From contig CAVOQP010000006.1 in assembly GCA_963698385.1 (NCBI GenBank), forward strand, positions 150,318 through 214,317: a DNA stretch of 64,000 nucleotides. Reading direction: 5' to 3'. The translations under genes were made by a program, and so were the position numbers. Below, in pieces: positions 27,146-40,216 of this stretch. Positions within the stretch are counted from its first letter, which is position 1, and each line of letters starts with the position of its first letter. Origin of the DNA: an uncultured Acidimicrobiia bacterium (GTDB lineage Bacteria; Actinomycetota; Acidimicrobiia; Spongiisociales; JAENVV01). The notes under the pieces were generated by a model, which was not told where the DNA came from, did no database searches, and saw only the letters and a program-made list of their open reading frames with translations.

Positions 27146-28519
27146 TCAGCTGAAGGGCGGTGGGCGGAATCCGAAGGTGCCGGCGGCCTCGGCCCTCCTC
27201 GACACTCCCAGCAGCAGGGCCTCGGCTCCCCATGGGGCGATGAGCTGGATCGAGTGGGGGAGGCCGGTGCCCTCGGTGAGGGGGGCCGTCAGGGCTGGGG
27301 TTTGCATGTGGTTGACGAGTGAGGCGAACCAGGCCAGGGCGATGCGGTACGGGTGATCGATGTCGTCGACGGTGATCATCGGCTGGCCGATCACCTTGCG
27401 ATTTGCACCGACGGCGGGCGTTGCCAGTATGTCAACCGAGTCGAACGCCCGCTCGGTGGCGGACTTCAAGGAGGCCTGCCAAGCGAGAGCGTCGACGAGT
27501 TGGTCGGACGTGATGCCGAGAGCGAGCAGGAGGCGCTCTTCGACCTCGGGGCCGTACTCCATGGTCGGGTCTTCCAGCCAGTCGCGGTGGACGGAGGCGG
27601 CTTGTGCTCCCATCAGCACGTTGAGCTCGCCCCACGGGGCGAGGGTGGGGGCGCTGATCTCCGTCACGGTCGCTCCGCTGTCGGCCAACTGGTCGAGTGT
27701 CCTGTGGAATGCCGCGGAGATGCCAGCATCGAGAGGTGCACTGGCGAGCCACTCGGCAGGCACGCCGATGCGGAGCGGCCAGCGGTCGACCGCTTCCGGA
27801 CGGTTCGGGATGCTCCAAGGATCCAACGGGTCGTACCCCTTCATGACCTCGAACACGGTGGCGAGATCGGCCGACGTACGTGCAAATGGGCCGACAGTGT
27901 CGACGGAGGCGGCGAGTGGGAAGACACCGGTGAGCGGGACCCGCCCGTGGGTGACCTTGAGGCCGAAGGTCCCCGTGAGGGCCGCAGGGACCCGCACGCT
28001 CCCGCCGGTGTCGGTGCCAATCCCGATCGGTGCGAGACCGCCGGCGACTGCGGCCGCCGAGCCACCCGACGAACCTCCGGGTGACGTCGTGAGGTCCCAT
28101 GGGTTCCTCACCGGACCGAACCAGTGGTTCTCGGAGGAGAAGCCGTACGCGAATTCATGGAGGTTGGTACGCCCCACGATCACGGTCCCCGCGTCTTCGA
28201 GCCTCTGGACGACTGTCGCCGAGACGGACGGCGTCTGGCGGTGGAAACCGGACCCGCAGGTCGTCACCTCCCCGGCCTGGTCGATGAGGTCCTTGAGGGC
28301 CACGGGGACACCGGTGAGGGGTCCCGGGTCGTCACCGGCTGCGAGCCGAGCGTCGAGGTCGGCCGCTCGGGCCATGACCCGATCCTCGGGGACGGAGGTG
28401 AAGGCGTTGAGCTGTGAGCCACGGATGCGGTCCAGGTGGGAACGCGCCACGGCGGTCACCGTCGTCTCGCCGGCCTTGACAGCGGCGGTGATGTCGGCTG
28501 CGGTCGACCCGACTACCAC
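27146..28519 (-). CDS. amidase signature (AS) family amidase (GatA-like)
   Basis: GGSSGGSAAAVAGGLAPIGIGTDTGGSVRVPAALTGTFGLKVTHGRV is the AS signature with catalytic Ser. Likely GTG start at 28519 rather than the track ORF start 28735, which overlaps the upstream gene. Confidence 0.8.
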   Translation of the reverse strand: MVVGSTAADITAAVKAGETTVTAVARSHLDRIRGSQLNAFTSVPEDRVMARAADLDARLAAGDDPGPLTGVPVALKDLIDQAGEVTTCGSGFHRQTPSVSATVVQRLEDAGTVIVGRTNLHEFAYGFSSENHWFGPVRNPWDLTTSPGGSSGGSAAAVAGGLAPIGIGTDTGGSVRVPAALTGTFGLKVTHGRVPLTGVFPLAASVDTVGPFARTSADLATVFEVMKGYDPLDPWSIPNRPEAVDRWPLRIGVPAEWLASAPLDAGISAAFHRTLDQLADSGATVTEISAPTLAPWGELNVLMGAQAASVHRDWLEDPTMEYGPEVEERLLLALGITSDQLVDALAWQASLKSATERAFDSVDILATPAVGANRKVIGQPMITVDDIDHPYRIALAWFASLVNHMQTPALTAPLTEGTGLPHSIQLIAPWGAEALLLGVSRRAEAAGTFGFRPPPFS

Positions 28520-29601
28520 GTGACCTCTCGGCCGTTGGGGAAGATCGCAACCCAGAGCTTGCCCGGGGGCACCTGGAGTGCAGCGCCGGAGGCATCCGTG
28601 AGATCGAACACCTTCGAGGTCGACGACCGTGACCACGTCCCCTTGGCGACGGCCCCGTTCGAGAAGACGAACGCATTGCCGGACCCGACGGTGTCCATGG
28701 CGGGGACGCAGGACCCCTGGTCGGCGGGTGGGCACTTGGAGTATCGATCGGCGAAGAGCACCACGATGGTCTGGGCCGTGATCGTCTCCTCAGTGGTCGT
28801 GTCTCCCTTGTCCGGGAAGACCGTGTGGGGCTTGGTGCCAGCGAAGCGGAGGTACCCCGACCCGTCGAAGTGCCAGGTGACGTCTTCCATGTCGTCGGAC
28901 CAATCGAACGTGATGGCGAGGGCCGGTTCGGTTCCCCGCAGGGGCCCGAAGTCGAAGAATCGGGGTGGGGGGTCGTCCTCGTAGCCTCGCCTGTCGGCTA
29001 TCTCCCGGAGGAGGGTGGTGTCGACATAGAGGTTGTGGGGTGCCGAGCGGTGGGAGACGCGGAACGCAGCCGGAGGCTCCTCCCCGATGAGGTGGACGTC
29101 GAGGCTGCGGATGAGCGACTGCACCCATGCCTGTGCCCCCGAGATCGTGAACGTGGCTCCGAGTGGGGCCAGGAGGGTCGGGTCTGTGGGTCGCCCTGAG
29201 CGGTTCGGGCCGAGGTAGTCGGTGTCGGACTGGAGGAAGAGGGCGATGAACCGAGTGAGACCTGCTTCGACGAGCATCTCATAGACGGCGTCGGCGTCCT
29301 CCAGGCCGGACTGTGGCCTTGCGTTCCAGTGATTGTCGACCTTCACGGCCATCACCCGGCGGTTGATCGAGTCTTCATCGGCGACGAACAGGCCGTTGAG
29401 GGGTGACTCGAACCCCGCCGGTGGTTCGGTGGTCGTGGTCGTCAGGATGGTCGTGGCAGGGATCGTGGCCCGGGGTTCGGTGGAGCCCTGGGTGGATTGT
29501 GGGGTGTCTGTGGGAGCGGATGTCCCCGTGGTGTCGTCGCCACCACAGGCGGCGACGACCAACAGGAGCGTCAGCAGGAACGCGATGAATCGGATGCGCA
29601 T
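28513..29601 (-). CDS. DUF3048 (YerB-like) lipoprotein
   Basis: ATG at 29601 is in frame with the track ORF. MRIRFIAFLLTLLLVVAACGG lipobox. VMAVKVDNHWNARPQSGLEDADAVYEMLVEAGLTRFIALF matches the DUF3048 N-domain. The upstream part of the track ORF (LVLVWLVLVLV) is simply the translated tandem repeat. Confidence 0.6.
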   Translation of the reverse strand: MRIRFIAFLLTLLLVVAACGGDDTTGTSAPTDTPQSTQGSTEPRATIPATTILTTTTTEPPAGFESPLNGLFVADEDSINRRVMAVKVDNHWNARPQSGLEDADAVYEMLVEAGLTRFIALFLQSDTDYLGPNRSGRPTDPTLLAPLGATFTISGAQAWVQSLIRSLDVHLIGEEPPAAFRVSHRSAPHNLYVDTTLLREIADRRGYEDDPPPRFFDFGPLRGTEPALAITFDWSDDMEDVTWHFDGSGYLRFAGTKPHTVFPDKGDTTTEETITAQTIVVLFADRYSKCPPADQGSCVPAMDTVGSGNAFVFSNGAVAKGTWSRSSTSKVFDLTDASGAALQVPPGKLWVAIFPNGREVTW

Positions 29602-29644
29602 GAGATGGCGCAGGATAGGGGGAGGGGCGTTATCGGCGGTCACA

Positions 29645-29735
29645 CGCCCGAGCACGAGCCAGACAAGCACGAGCACGAGCACGAGCCAGACAAGCACGAG
29701 CCAGACAAGCCCGAGCACGAGCCAGAGCGCGTTGT
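29645..29735. repeat. tandem repeat block (CACGAGC / CAGACAAG units) sharing the GCCCGAGCACGAGCC core with the 27046-27145 block
   Basis: Direct reading: gcccgagcacgagccagacaagcacgagcacgagcacgagccagacaagcacgagccagacaagcccgagcacgagccagagcgc. Confidence 0.8.
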
Positions 29736-29826
29736 GGGACTGCGCCACCACCCACGGCCCCCTACCCCGCACGAGTCCTTGCTGCGCTCGGCCGATGCGG
29801 GGGCCCCTTCCCCCCGCCTGCGGCGA

Positions 29827-29866
29827 GGGGACAGACATGTGTTGCGACGATGCGTTGTCTGTCCCC
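29827..29866 (-). terminator. 11-bp perfect-stem hairpin ~100 nt downstream of sodN, followed by a second 7-bp hairpin (ccccagc-gaa-gctgggg); candidate sodN terminator
   Basis: ggggacagaca-(18 nt)-tgtctgtcccc read directly. No U-tract, as is usual in high-GC genomes. Confidence 0.4.
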
Positions 29867-29967
29867 CCAGCGAAGCTGGGGGGAAGGTCCTGCCCCGGAG
29901 CGAAGCGAAGGGGGAGGTAGGGGGGAACGCGCGGGCCGAGCCTTCTGCCCCCGTGTCTGAACTCGCG

Positions 29968-30384
29968 CTAGCCGGGCGGATACACCCCGACGTTGGCCGA
30001 TTCGGCGGTCTGCCAGAAGATGTCCGCGATCTCATCGATGAGGCGAACCAGTTCCTCGGAGACTGCCGGGTCCATCGACTTCTTGGCGTCTCCGGCCTGC
30101 TTGATCGCTTTCCAGAACGTGTCGTGGAGTTGGGGGAACGCTTCGAGGTGGTGGGGCTTGAAGAAGTCCGTCCATAGGACCGACAGGTGGTGCTTCACCA
30201 ATTCGGCACGCTCCTCCTTGATCGAGATGGCCCTGGCACGGAAGACGTCATCCTCGGAGGCGTGGTACTTGTTGGCGCATTGAAGGACCGACTTGGCCTC
30301 GATCATCGCCTGGGCGGGGTCGTAGACGCCACAGAAGAGATCGCAATGGGCATGGGCGACGGTGGGTGGACGGAAGAGGCGCAT
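29968..30384 (-). CDS. sodN: nickel-containing superoxide dismutase precursor
   Basis: 138 aa. Pro-peptide MRLFRPPTVAHA followed by the Ni-hook HCDLFCGVYDPAQA. Overall similarity to Streptomyces SodN (..IKEERAELVKHHLSVLWTDFFKP..IFWQT). Position 5 of the hook is Phe (ttc) rather than the usual Pro. Confidence 0.85.
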   Translation of the reverse strand: MRLFRPPTVAHAHCDLFCGVYDPAQAMIEAKSVLQCANKYHASEDDVFRARAISIKEERAELVKHHLSVLWTDFFKPHHLEAFPQLHDTFWKAIKQAGDAKKSMDPAVSEELVRLIDEIADIFWQTAESANVGVYPPG

Positions 30385-30430
30385 GGGTGGCTCCTGGGGG
30401 TGGCTGACCTGCTGAAGATACACTCCCCGG

Positions 30431-30841
30431 GTGTCGAAGCGATGGGGACTCTTCCAAGTAGCCGAACACTCCATGGCGCCCGCCCTCCGATCGGGTGACC
30501 GAGTGGTGGCGATCCATCGTCCACTCGCGGCCGGTGTAATCGTGGTGTTCGAGGCCGCCGATGGGATGGTCATGGTGAAGCGAGTCGTCGGGCTCCCCGG
30601 GGACACCGTCACGATCGGCCACGGGATGGTGTTGGTCAACGGGACGCCACGCGAGGATGTCCTCGACACACCCGGTGAAGGGTCGTGGAGCATCGGTCCG
30701 GGGGAGTGCTTCGTGCTCTCCGATGCCAGGGACTTGACCTTGGCCGACAGTCGTACGTTCGGCCCGATCGACGTCTCGTCGATCCTGGGCACCGTCGCGT
30801 TCCGCTATCGACCGCTCTCCCGGATGGGACGCCCTCGCTGA
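30431..30841 (+). CDS. sodX: S26 signal-peptidase-like NiSOD maturation protease
   Basis: Divergent from sodN with a 46-bp gap. EHSMAPALRSGDRVV (S26 catalytic Ser box) and VKRVVGLPGDTVTI box. 136 aa, as for SodX. Confidence 0.65.
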   Translation: MSKRWGLFQVAEHSMAPALRSGDRVVAIHRPLAAGVIVVFEAADGMVMVKRVVGLPGDTVTIGHGMVLVNGTPREDVLDTPGEGSWSIGPGECFVLSDARDLTLADSRTFGPIDVSSILGTVAFRYRPLSRMGRPR

Positions 30842-30866
30842 CGCCTGCGATCCGCAGTGTTGGTGC

Positions 30867-31855
30867 CTACCAGCTGGCGATCGTGCGGATGTAGTTGGCG
30901 CGTTCGTAGGCGGCAGGGTCCGGCGAGTTCTTCTGCGAGAGGCTGCCCCGGGCCTGGTCGATCGAGACGTAGTCCCGCTCGTCAAACCAGTCGGTGACCC
31001 CCGTGAGGACCGTTGCCAGGTACTCGGGTCCGTGGAGGAGGAGCGCCGATGCCATTCCAACCGCGTCGGCCCCCGCCAGGAGAAGCTTCACGGCTCCCGC
31101 GGCGTCGTGCACACCGGTTGATGCGCAGAGCGAACCGGGGACCCGGCCGTGAAGGATCGCCATCCACCGCAGGACGTGGCGCATCTCGGCCGGGTCCGAG
31201 AGAACCAGGTTCGGCTCCACCCGCATCGTGCCGAGGTTGATGTCGGGCTGGTAGAAGCGGTTGAAGAGCACCAGGCCGTCGGCGCCAGCTTCGAAGACTC
31301 GTCGAGCCATGTCGGGGAGCGAGGAGAATGCCGGCCCCAGCTTGACCGCGAGCGGGATCTCGATCTCGGACCGCAGACCGTCGATGAGAGCGATGTACCG
31401 GGTCTCCAACTCCGTCGAGGTCGTCTCCGGGTCAGCAGCGACGAAGTAGATGTTGAGCTCGATCGCGTCGGCACCGGCGTCTTGTAGTTGGTGGGCGAAC
31501 CGCACCCAGCCGCCTTCGGTGTACCCGTTGATGGACGGGATGATCGGCATCGACACCGCCTCCTTCGCCTCCGCCAGGTGCCGGAGGTACTCGTCCGGCC
31601 CGGTGTTGTAATCATCCATCTCGGGGAAGTACCCGGTGGCGGCCTCTGCGAAGACCCCTGCCCCGAGTTCCAGCCCGTGGTGGATCGACATCGCGTCATG
31701 CTCGATCTGCTCCTCGAACAACGACGGGAGCACCGCCGCCCCGGCCCCGGCTTGTTCGAGCTTGCGCAGGCCACTGACCGTGCCGGTGACCGGTGAGGCC
31801 GTGGCGATGATCGGGCTCGAGAGTGAGAGCCCGAGGTAGCTCGTTGTTGTATCGA

Positions 31856-31859
<4 letters not shown>
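30867..31859 (-). CDS. dihydroorotate-dehydrogenase-like (DHOD family) protein of the type co-encoded with pyruvate:ferredoxin oxidoreductase
   Basis: TIM-barrel PyrD-like sequence (LSLSSPIIATASPVTGTVSGLRKL...INGYTE...ELNIY...VKLGP...). Start overlaps the PFOR stop (translational coupling). Confidence 0.6.
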
Positions 31860-35425
<3,566 letters not shown>

Positions 35426-35460
35426 GAATCGAGGTTCTTGACAAAGCTACGCGATCTCGG

Positions 35461-35530
35461 CCCGGGCCCGAGCCCCGAGTCCCGAGCCCCGAGTCCCGAG
35501 CAAGCGGAAGATCGTCCGTCGTCCGTCGTT
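35461..35530. repeat. tandem repeats (CCCGAGC/CCCGAGT)x4 followed by (GTCCGTC)x2-3 in the PFOR/metG intergenic region
   Basis: Direct reading: cccgggcccgagccccgagtcccgagccccgagtcccgagcaagcggaagatcgtccgtcgtccgtcgttcg. Confidence 0.8.
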
Positions 35531-35534
35531 CGCC

Positions 35535-37286
35535 CTACCCCATCCGGTCGGTGATGGCCTCCGGGTCGAGCTTCTCGAACAACGGTTGGATCGCGCCGAA
35601 CGGACGGCCCGGGGCGAGCTCCGAAGGTTCCCAGGCGGAGGTGGCGGGGCTGTGGTCGTAGCGGAGAACCAGGTGCTCGCCGCGTTCATCAGGGACGAGT
35701 TCGGTGTACTGCCGCCCGAAGAGATCCCCCGCGTAGCCGAGCATCGCGTGGATTGACTGGGCGGCGTGGGGCAGGATCGGCGACCAGAGGGTCTTGAGCC
35801 AGTCGATGGCCTGTAGCGCCACCCACACCGCGGTCGCCGCGGCGTCGGGGTCGGTCTTGATGAGTGTCCAGGGTGCCTTCTCGTTGAGGTACTGGTTCAC
35901 GCGCTGGGAGAGGCGGCGGCACTCGACGAGGGCGGCCCGCAATTGCACTGCGTCGTAGCGGGCCGCGACCGAGTCGAACCCGGCGCGAACGTCGTCGAGG
36001 AGGGCTTGGTCCACTGCGTCCAAGGCGCCTGGGCCCGGGACCGCCCCTTCGAAGCGCTTGTCCGCGAAGCCGACGACCCGGTTGACGAGGTTCCCGAAGT
36101 TGGCAACGAGCTCGTTGTTCACCCGCTCGACGAAGTCGTCCCACGTGAACTCCACGTCGTTGCCCTCGGGAGCCAGGGCCGTCAGGACGTAGCGCCACGC
36201 GTCGGGCTGGAATGCCTCGAGGACCGCGTTGAAGCCGATCACCCGTCCCCGACTGGTGGAGAACTGCTCACCGCCCAGGTTGAGGTACTCGTTGGCAGGA
36301 ACGTCGTAGGGGAGGTTGAGTCGGGTATCACCGTCCGAGTACCCGAGGAGCATCCCGGGCCAAATGATCGTGTGGAATGGGATGTTGTCCTTGCCGATGA
36401 AGTTGTAGATGTGCGTGTCAGGACCCCGGTCGGCGTCCCAGTACCGCTGCCATTTCAGATCGTCGCCGGTGAGATGTGCCCACTCCCTGGCGGCCGACAG
36501 GTACCCGATGACCGCGTCGTACCAGACGTAGATCCGCTTGTCCGGGTAACCGTCGACGGGAATGGTGACTCCCCAATCGATGTCCCGCGTGATGGCCCTG
36601 CCCCGCAGCTCCTGGAGGGCGAGCTGGCTGCGGGTGAAGTTGAGGACGTTGGGCCGCCAGTGGTCCTTGTCGTGCTCGATCCAGTCGAGGAGGGGCTGGT
36701 TCATCTTCGCCATGTCGAGGTAGAAGTGCTCCGTGGACCGCACCTCGAGGTCGGTGGTGCCGGTCAGCTTGGAGCGCGGGTTCTTCAACTCCAGCGCGTC
36801 AAACAGGCGACCACAGTTGTCGCATTGGTCGCCGCGGGCGCCGTCGTAGTCGCAGTAGGGGCAGCTGCCCTCGACGTAGCGGTCCGGAAGGAAGCGACCG
36901 GCGATGGGGTCGAAGAGGTGGTCCTGGGAGTCCGTGTAGAGGTACCCCGTCTCGAGGTGCCGGAGGAACATCTCGTGGGTCGTATCCCAGTGGATCTGGG
37001 TGTCGGTGTGGGTGTAGAGGTCAAAGGTGAGGCCCATGGCGAGGCAGCCGTCCACGAACATGGCGTGGTACTTCTCCACCACTTCCATGGGGGCAACGCC
37101 CAGCTCCTCGGCTGCGAGGGTGATGGGAGTCCCATGCGTGTCCGAGCCGCTGACCATCAGGACTTCGTGGCCGCGCATGCGCTGGTACCGGGCGAAGATG
37201 TCGGGCGGGAGGTAGGCGCCGGCGATCTGGCCGATGTGCTTCTCGCCGTTCGGGTATGGCCAGGCGACGCCGACGAGGATGTGCAT
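35535..37286 (-). CDS. metG: methionyl-tRNA synthetase
   Basis: ATG at 37286 ([20 protein letters not shown] = HIGH region). Zinc knuckle [23 protein letters not shown]-class features. Collinear with E. coli MetG. The upstream ~100 codons of the track ORF are unlikely to be coding. Confidence 0.85.
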   Translation of the reverse strand: MHILVGVAWPYPNGEKHIGQIAGAYLPPDIFARYQRMRGHEVLMVSGSDTHGTPITLAAEELGVAPMEVVEKYHAMFVDGCLAMGLTFDLYTHTDTQIHWDTTHEMFLRHLETGYLYTDSQDHLFDPIAGRFLPDRYVEGSCPYCDYDGARGDQCDNCGRLFDALELKNPRSKLTGTTDLEVRSTEHFYLDMAKMNQPLLDWIEHDKDHWRPNVLNFTRSQLALQELRGRAITRDIDWGVTIPVDGYPDKRIYVWYDAVIGYLSAAREWAHLTGDDLKWQRYWDADRGPDTHIYNFIGKDNIPFHTIIWPGMLLGYSDGDTRLNLPYDVPANEYLNLGGEQFSTSRGRVIGFNAVLEAFQPDAWRYVLTALAPEGNDVEFTWDDFVERVNNELVANFGNLVNRVVGFADKRFEGAVPGPGALDAVDQALLDDVRAGFDSVAARYDAVQLRAALVECRRLSQRVNQYLNEKAPWTLIKTDPDAAATAVWVALQAIDWLKTLWSPILPHAAQSIHAMLGYAGDLFGRQYTELVPDERGEHLVLRYDHSPATSAWEPSELAPGRPFGAIQPLFEKLDPEAITDRMG

Positions 37287-37467
37287 GTCCGGGAGCCTAG
37301 GGCGGGCAGGCACCGACCCCCACCGGATTCTCGATCGTGTCGACCACTCCATGGAATGTCGCTTGCCGGGGACGTGCCTCGGCATGGGCTTGTAGGATCG
37401 AAGCCCAAGGGGACCCACACCCGGAAGCAGACTCGGCCCGGAAGGGCGGGGGTCTCGGTCATCGGCA

Positions 37468-38271
37468 TTGGCGAACCTCCCTGGATGTGACATGGTGGAG
37501 AACGAAGAGCTGTGGCGGAAGATGTTCTCGGAAGGGAACGCCGTTCTCGATAGAGGACGAGCTCTCTTCGGGATCATCCCGTCCGACCCCCGATGCATGT
37601 TCTGCCATGGTCCCTTTGCGGGACCCGGCCGTCACCTCATGGCGATGTTGGGGAGAGGGCAGTCGCGCGAGGACCCGCGAATCTGCAATTCGTGCATACG
37701 GCACGGCCAGGAGCACCCGGGGGGCGCTCATGTGGACATCGCAACCGTGTTCGCCGACATGAGGGGATCGACGCCGACTGCTCAACGCATTGGTGATCGT
37801 GCCTTCGGTGAGCTGATCGATCGGTTCTTCCAGACCTCTTCCAAGGTGCTCATCGACAAGGGTGCCCTGCTCGGCCGGTTGGCGGGGGACGAAGCAATCG
37901 GGTACTTCGTCCCAGGTGTTGCCGGGCGCGACTATGCCAAAGCTGCCCTGGACAGCGCATTGGAGCTTCTCCGCGCCACCGGACACACGAACCCCGACGG
38001 GCCGTGGATACCGCTGGGCGTGGGCGTCCATGCAGGCAACGCCTACGTCGGGTTGCTGGGCAAGAAAGGGAGAGCAACCGAGCTGACCGCCCTGGGCGAC
38101 GACGTGAACATCGGGGCACGACTGGCCGATTCCGCCGGGGTGGGAGAGGTCCTGGCAAGCCTGCAACTCACCCGGAAGATCGGGTTGAACACCGACGATC
38201 TCGAGCATCGGACCCTCGACCTCAAGGGCAAGGAAGCGCCCTTCGATGTGGTCGTCATCAAGCCGGACTGA
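37468..38271 (+). CDS. class III adenylate/guanylate cyclase with N-terminal zinc-ribbon-like CxxC...CxxC module
   Basis: Cyclase homology domain ([14 protein letters not shown]...AGDEAIGYF...[14 protein letters not shown]...DVNIGARL). Cys pairs CMFCHGPF...CNSCIRHG. Confidence 0.7.
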   Translation: MANLPGCDMVENEELWRKMFSEGNAVLDRGRALFGIIPSDPRCMFCHGPFAGPGRHLMAMLGRGQSREDPRICNSCIRHGQEHPGGAHVDIATVFADMRGSTPTAQRIGDRAFGELIDRFFQTSSKVLIDKGALLGRLAGDEAIGYFVPGVAGRDYAKAALDSALELLRATGHTNPDGPWIPLGVGVHAGNAYVGLLGKKGRATELTALGDDVNIGARLADSAGVGEVLASLQLTRKIGLNTDDLEHRTLDLKGKEAPFDVVVIKPD

Positions 38272-38425
38272 CCGATTCGGCCGGCGGGGGTGGTGCGCGG
38301 ATCGGGCCACCGGCCAGCCGGGAGACGTTGGCCCGGCGACCCCCCACGCGCTCCCGCGAAGGTCGACTCCCGGGGCAGGCATGGGTGGTAACAGCCCTGA
38401 GCGGAACGGCGAATTGCCACTCAGG

Positions 38426-38893
38426 TCAGCTTGTCTCCTCCGTGTAGAGCCATTCGGCGGTGAAAGCGTCGAGCACGACGAAGGCGAACCGGACGAGTCC
38501 ACCTTCGGCAGGGGTCCCGTCCGCAGTCATCGGACCGCTGGAGGAGATCGAGAGGCCCGAGTACCGCACCAACCAGACGGGACGCTCCTCGACGAGGGCG
38601 CCCGGGTCGGTGAGCGTCACCAGGAAAGCGTCGACCTCACCGCCTTGGTAGCGCTGGCCATACTCGGCGTCGACGGTCGCCAGCGCTCGTTCCTCGGAGA
38701 TGGCACCTTCCCCGGTGAAGGGAGTTGCCACGGCTCCGGCCGGCAGGGCGTCGGTGGGCAGTTCCATGGCACTCACCGGTGTCGGTGGTGGATCCATCCG
38801 CGGACCATCGGTGGCGCCTCCTCCGCACCCGGTCACGAGTAGGGCCAGCGCCACCTGTGCCGCTGCCACACGAGTGCCCTGCCCGTATCTCAT
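38426..38893 (-). CDS. small lipoprotein, function unknown
   Basis: Lipobox LLVTGCGGG. 155 aa, no recognisable motif. Confidence 0.4.
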   Translation of the reverse strand: MRYGQGTRVAAAQVALALLVTGCGGGATDGPRMDPPPTPVSAMELPTDALPAGAVATPFTGEGAISEERALATVDAEYGQRYQGGEVDAFLVTLTDPGALVEERPVWLVRYSGLSISSSGPMTADGTPAEGGLVRFAFVVLDAFTAEWLYTEETS

Positions 38894-38973
38894 GGTGATG
38901 GGACGTTACCCACGGTCCAAGGTTCCGTTGCGGGGAGGGACCGCCCGGAGGTCGGTGGTACGTTTCCTTCATC

Positions 38974-39375
38974 GTGCGCTTCGTCATTGACGCCCCCACC
39001 CTGCTGCAGCTTGTCGACGGCGATCTGAATGTCGATCCCATCCATCAGCTGGTAGCACCACACTCGATCCGGTCGGAAGCGCTGGGGCTCTTGCTGCGCG
39101 ACGTCCGAGACGGCACCCGCACAGAGAAGGCCGCGCTGGAGGCGCAGGAGCGGCTGACGCAGGTGAAGATGCGGCTGCTCGGTGATCGAGCGTCACGCGG
39201 CTTGGCGTGGCGGATCGCGCGGCAAGACGACCGGACCACGATCCGCGACGCGGAGTACCTGGCGATCGTCCGGCTGCAGGCCGACGCGTTGGTCACGGTG
39301 GACCCCGACCTCGCTGCCAGGGCCCAGGGCGTCGTCGAGGTCGCTCCCCTCCGAGCTCTTCTCGCGAGCGCCTAG
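38974..39375 (+). CDS. PIN-domain-like protein (VapC-like fold), solitary
   Basis: 133 aa. N-terminal FVIDAPTL with Asp6. C-terminal DALVTVDPDLAARAQGVVEV resembles the PIN LVT.D.DF motif. Four acidic residues at PIN-like spacing. No adjacent antitoxin-sized ORF. Confidence 0.35.
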   Translation: MRFVIDAPTLLQLVDGDLNVDPIHQLVAPHSIRSEALGLLLRDVRDGTRTEKAALEAQERLTQVKMRLLGDRASRGLAWRIARQDDRTTIRDAEYLAIVRLQADALVTVDPDLAARAQGVVEVAPLRALLASA

Positions 39376-39467
39376 CAGGGGCGAGTTCAGGCCTGTACCT
39401 CGGCTCCATCACGCCATACCCGGCGCTCGCGACCCCTCACCGCCCACTCGCTACTACCTTCGCACCG

Positions 39468-40133
39468 ATGCAGACCCTTGTCGCCCTCATCGCGGCGCTC
39501 GTCGCCACCTGGTTCGCGGTCGAGATCGGCCGCGACGCGGTGGGACGACCGCGGCCCCACGTCATCGCCTACGCGTTGGGCGTCGGGGCATTCGCGTTGG
39601 CAACCTGGGCGCTGTTGGTCGGGATCGCCTTCGGATGGGGAGAGGCCTCGTACAAGGTCTTCTTCCTCTTTGGGGCGATCCTCAACGTCCCGTTCCTCGC
39701 GCTCGGCTCGGCATTCCTCGTGGCTCCGGCCCTCGCCAAACCGATGCTCGGACTCGTTGTCCCGTTCAGTTTCTTTGCGGCGATGGTGATCCTCCCCCAG
39801 AAGCTGAGGGTGACGGAGTTCGCAGCCGGTGAGATCCCCGAGCGTGCTGCGACCTTCCTCTACGAGACCCTTCCCCGAGTGCTGGCGATCATCGCTGGAG
39901 CAGCCGGTTCCGTGATCCTCGTCGTCTTGGCACTCATCTCCATCCGGAAGTTCTGGAAGCTGAACCGCAGCGTGGTCACGGGCTCGGCCCTGATCCTGGC
40001 CGGGACGTTCTCGGCCGCGTCGGGGGGGACGCTGCTCGGTCTCGGCCTTGGACAGGCGGGCTTCAGCCTCAGCCTGTTGGTGGCCGTGGTCCTCATCTAC
40101 CTGGGCTACCGGACGGCGTCCGGTTCTCGCTGA
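39468..40133 (+). CDS. integral membrane protein (~6 predicted hydrophobic segments), function unknown
   Basis: ATG 39468 is in frame with track ORF 39207..40133. Highly hydrophobic throughout (LVALIAALVATWFAV..., YALGVGAFALATWALLVGIAF...). Confidence 0.4.
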   Translation: MQTLVALIAALVATWFAVEIGRDAVGRPRPHVIAYALGVGAFALATWALLVGIAFGWGEASYKVFFLFGAILNVPFLALGSAFLVAPALAKPMLGLVVPFSFFAAMVILPQKLRVTEFAAGEIPERAATFLYETLPRVLAIIAGAAGSVILVVLALISIRKFWKLNRSVVTGSALILAGTFSAASGGTLLGLGLGQAGFSLSLLVAVVLIYLGYRTASGSR

Positions 40134-40216
40134 GCCGGGAGCGGTTGGCGGCCTTCGGGTGCACGGGTGGTGGCGGTTCATCACCCACAGTGGCCGAGTC
40201 CCCGTAGCATCCCCCC

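Noticed and set aside
27042-27233. 63-aa ORF rich in Ser/Gly/Asp (SGSCSDSRSDSGSNSESGSDSGSGS)
   Set aside because: It is simply the translation of the GAGCCCGAG tandem repeat in the thiolase/amidase gap. Treated as repeat, not gene.
29602-29838. N-terminal 79 codons of the track ORF for the DUF3048 gene (LVLVWLVLVLVLVWLVLG)
   Set aside because: The poly-Leu/Val string is the reverse translation of the CACGAGC tandem repeat. A proper lipoprotein signal peptide begins at the internal ATG (29601).
37287-37598. Extra ~100 N-terminal codons on the metG track ORF
   Set aside because: The MetG HIGH region begins right after the internal ATG at 37286. The upstream extension has no similarity and would overlap the divergent cyclase promoter region.
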